Shown piece by piece: positions 63,901-64,000 of a stretch of 64,000 nucleotides of DNA. A model generated the notes under the pieces. The model worked only from the letters and a program-made list of their open reading frames with translations. It searched no databases and had not been told where the DNA came from. Source of the DNA: Tubulanus polymorphus (Eukaryota; Animalia; Nemertea); NCBI RefSeq assembly GCF_964204645.1, contig NC_134034.1:8692962-8756961 (forward strand). The letters are read 5' to 3'. Both the position numbers and the translations under genes were made by a program. Within the stretch, counting starts at the first letter, position 1, and each line of letters starts with the position of its first letter.

Positions 63901-64000
63901 TTCTCCCAGATCAAATGATACATGTCATCACTTTGTAATCCAGACTTTTAACCTTTCATTCCTAGGCTGCTGATGTAAAGAATCCTTTGAAGTTCCCAAG
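57969..64000 (+). CDS. Multi-exon partner gene of the EnSpm element: N-terminal CIDE-N/KHA-like domain plus SAMD3-like helical region; 3' end outside window
   Basis: Predicted exons 57969-58059, 58289-58426, 58787-58938, 60751-60987, 61319-61415, 61668-61847, 62154-62326, 63082-63195; all GT-AG with matching phases and no stop; motifs IVEKYPNL..W, KKSLSQKIR, MEKTFEARRKEI. Confidence 0.82.
59273..60522. mobile_element. Non-autonomous TIR element with ~100-bp TIRs and 9-bp TSD (Mutator-like)
   Basis: cctgatgtc|ggctgttcgaatatcacggataccgg ... ccggtatccgtgatattcgaacagcc|cctgatgtc; lies in an intron. Confidence 0.9.
62414..62742 (+). mobile_element. HINE copy (same family as 40320-41489), intronic
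   Basis: ttttag start, hairpin gcccacttgggact-tt-agtcccagcgggc, gtcc microsatellite, homology to 41080-41489. Confidence 0.82.

Larger units (their letters stand above)
52926..64000 (+). mobile_element. EnSpm/CACTA (CMC)-type DNA transposon; left end in window, continues beyond it
   Basis: ta|CACTCTAAAAAC terminus with clustered GAACA/TGTTC subterminal motifs, followed by the transposase and a spliced partner gene. Confidence 0.75.

Noticed and set aside
63609-63938. ORF 63609-63938 as a standalone gene
   Set aside because: Probably intron plus one more exon of the partner gene; exon limits could not be fixed confidently

Overview
This is AT-rich eukaryotic (marine-invertebrate-like) genomic DNA made almost entirely of nested, mostly decayed mobile elements. 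I found no ordinary host gene, rRNA, tRNA gene or CRISPR array. From left to right: an N-terminal fragment of a RAG1/Transib/Chapaev-like transposase; an AT-rich Maverick/Polinton (adintovirus-like) block (capsid C-terminus, integrase-chromodomain, packaging ATPase, 3 ORFs, 70-bp terminus) whose genes start at TAAATG; a Crypton-like tyrosine recombinase relic; a Penelope element with pseudo-LTRs carrying hammerhead motifs; Helentron pieces; a DUF6589-like DDE relic convergent with a PHD exon; a Maverick pPolB gene interrupted by a young GalEa-type Ty1/copia; MULE, Maverick-end and BEL/Pao fragments; a RAG1-like transposase core split by a HINE; and a Ty3/gypsy element with an extra zinc-finger ORF. 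From 52926 to the window end lies an apparently intact EnSpm/CACTA-type element: an 818-aa transposase that seems to sit in an intron of a multi-exon partner gene beginning with a CIDE-N/KHA-like domain. All family calls come from motif recognition by eye, with no database searches. Boundaries of decayed elements are approximate.
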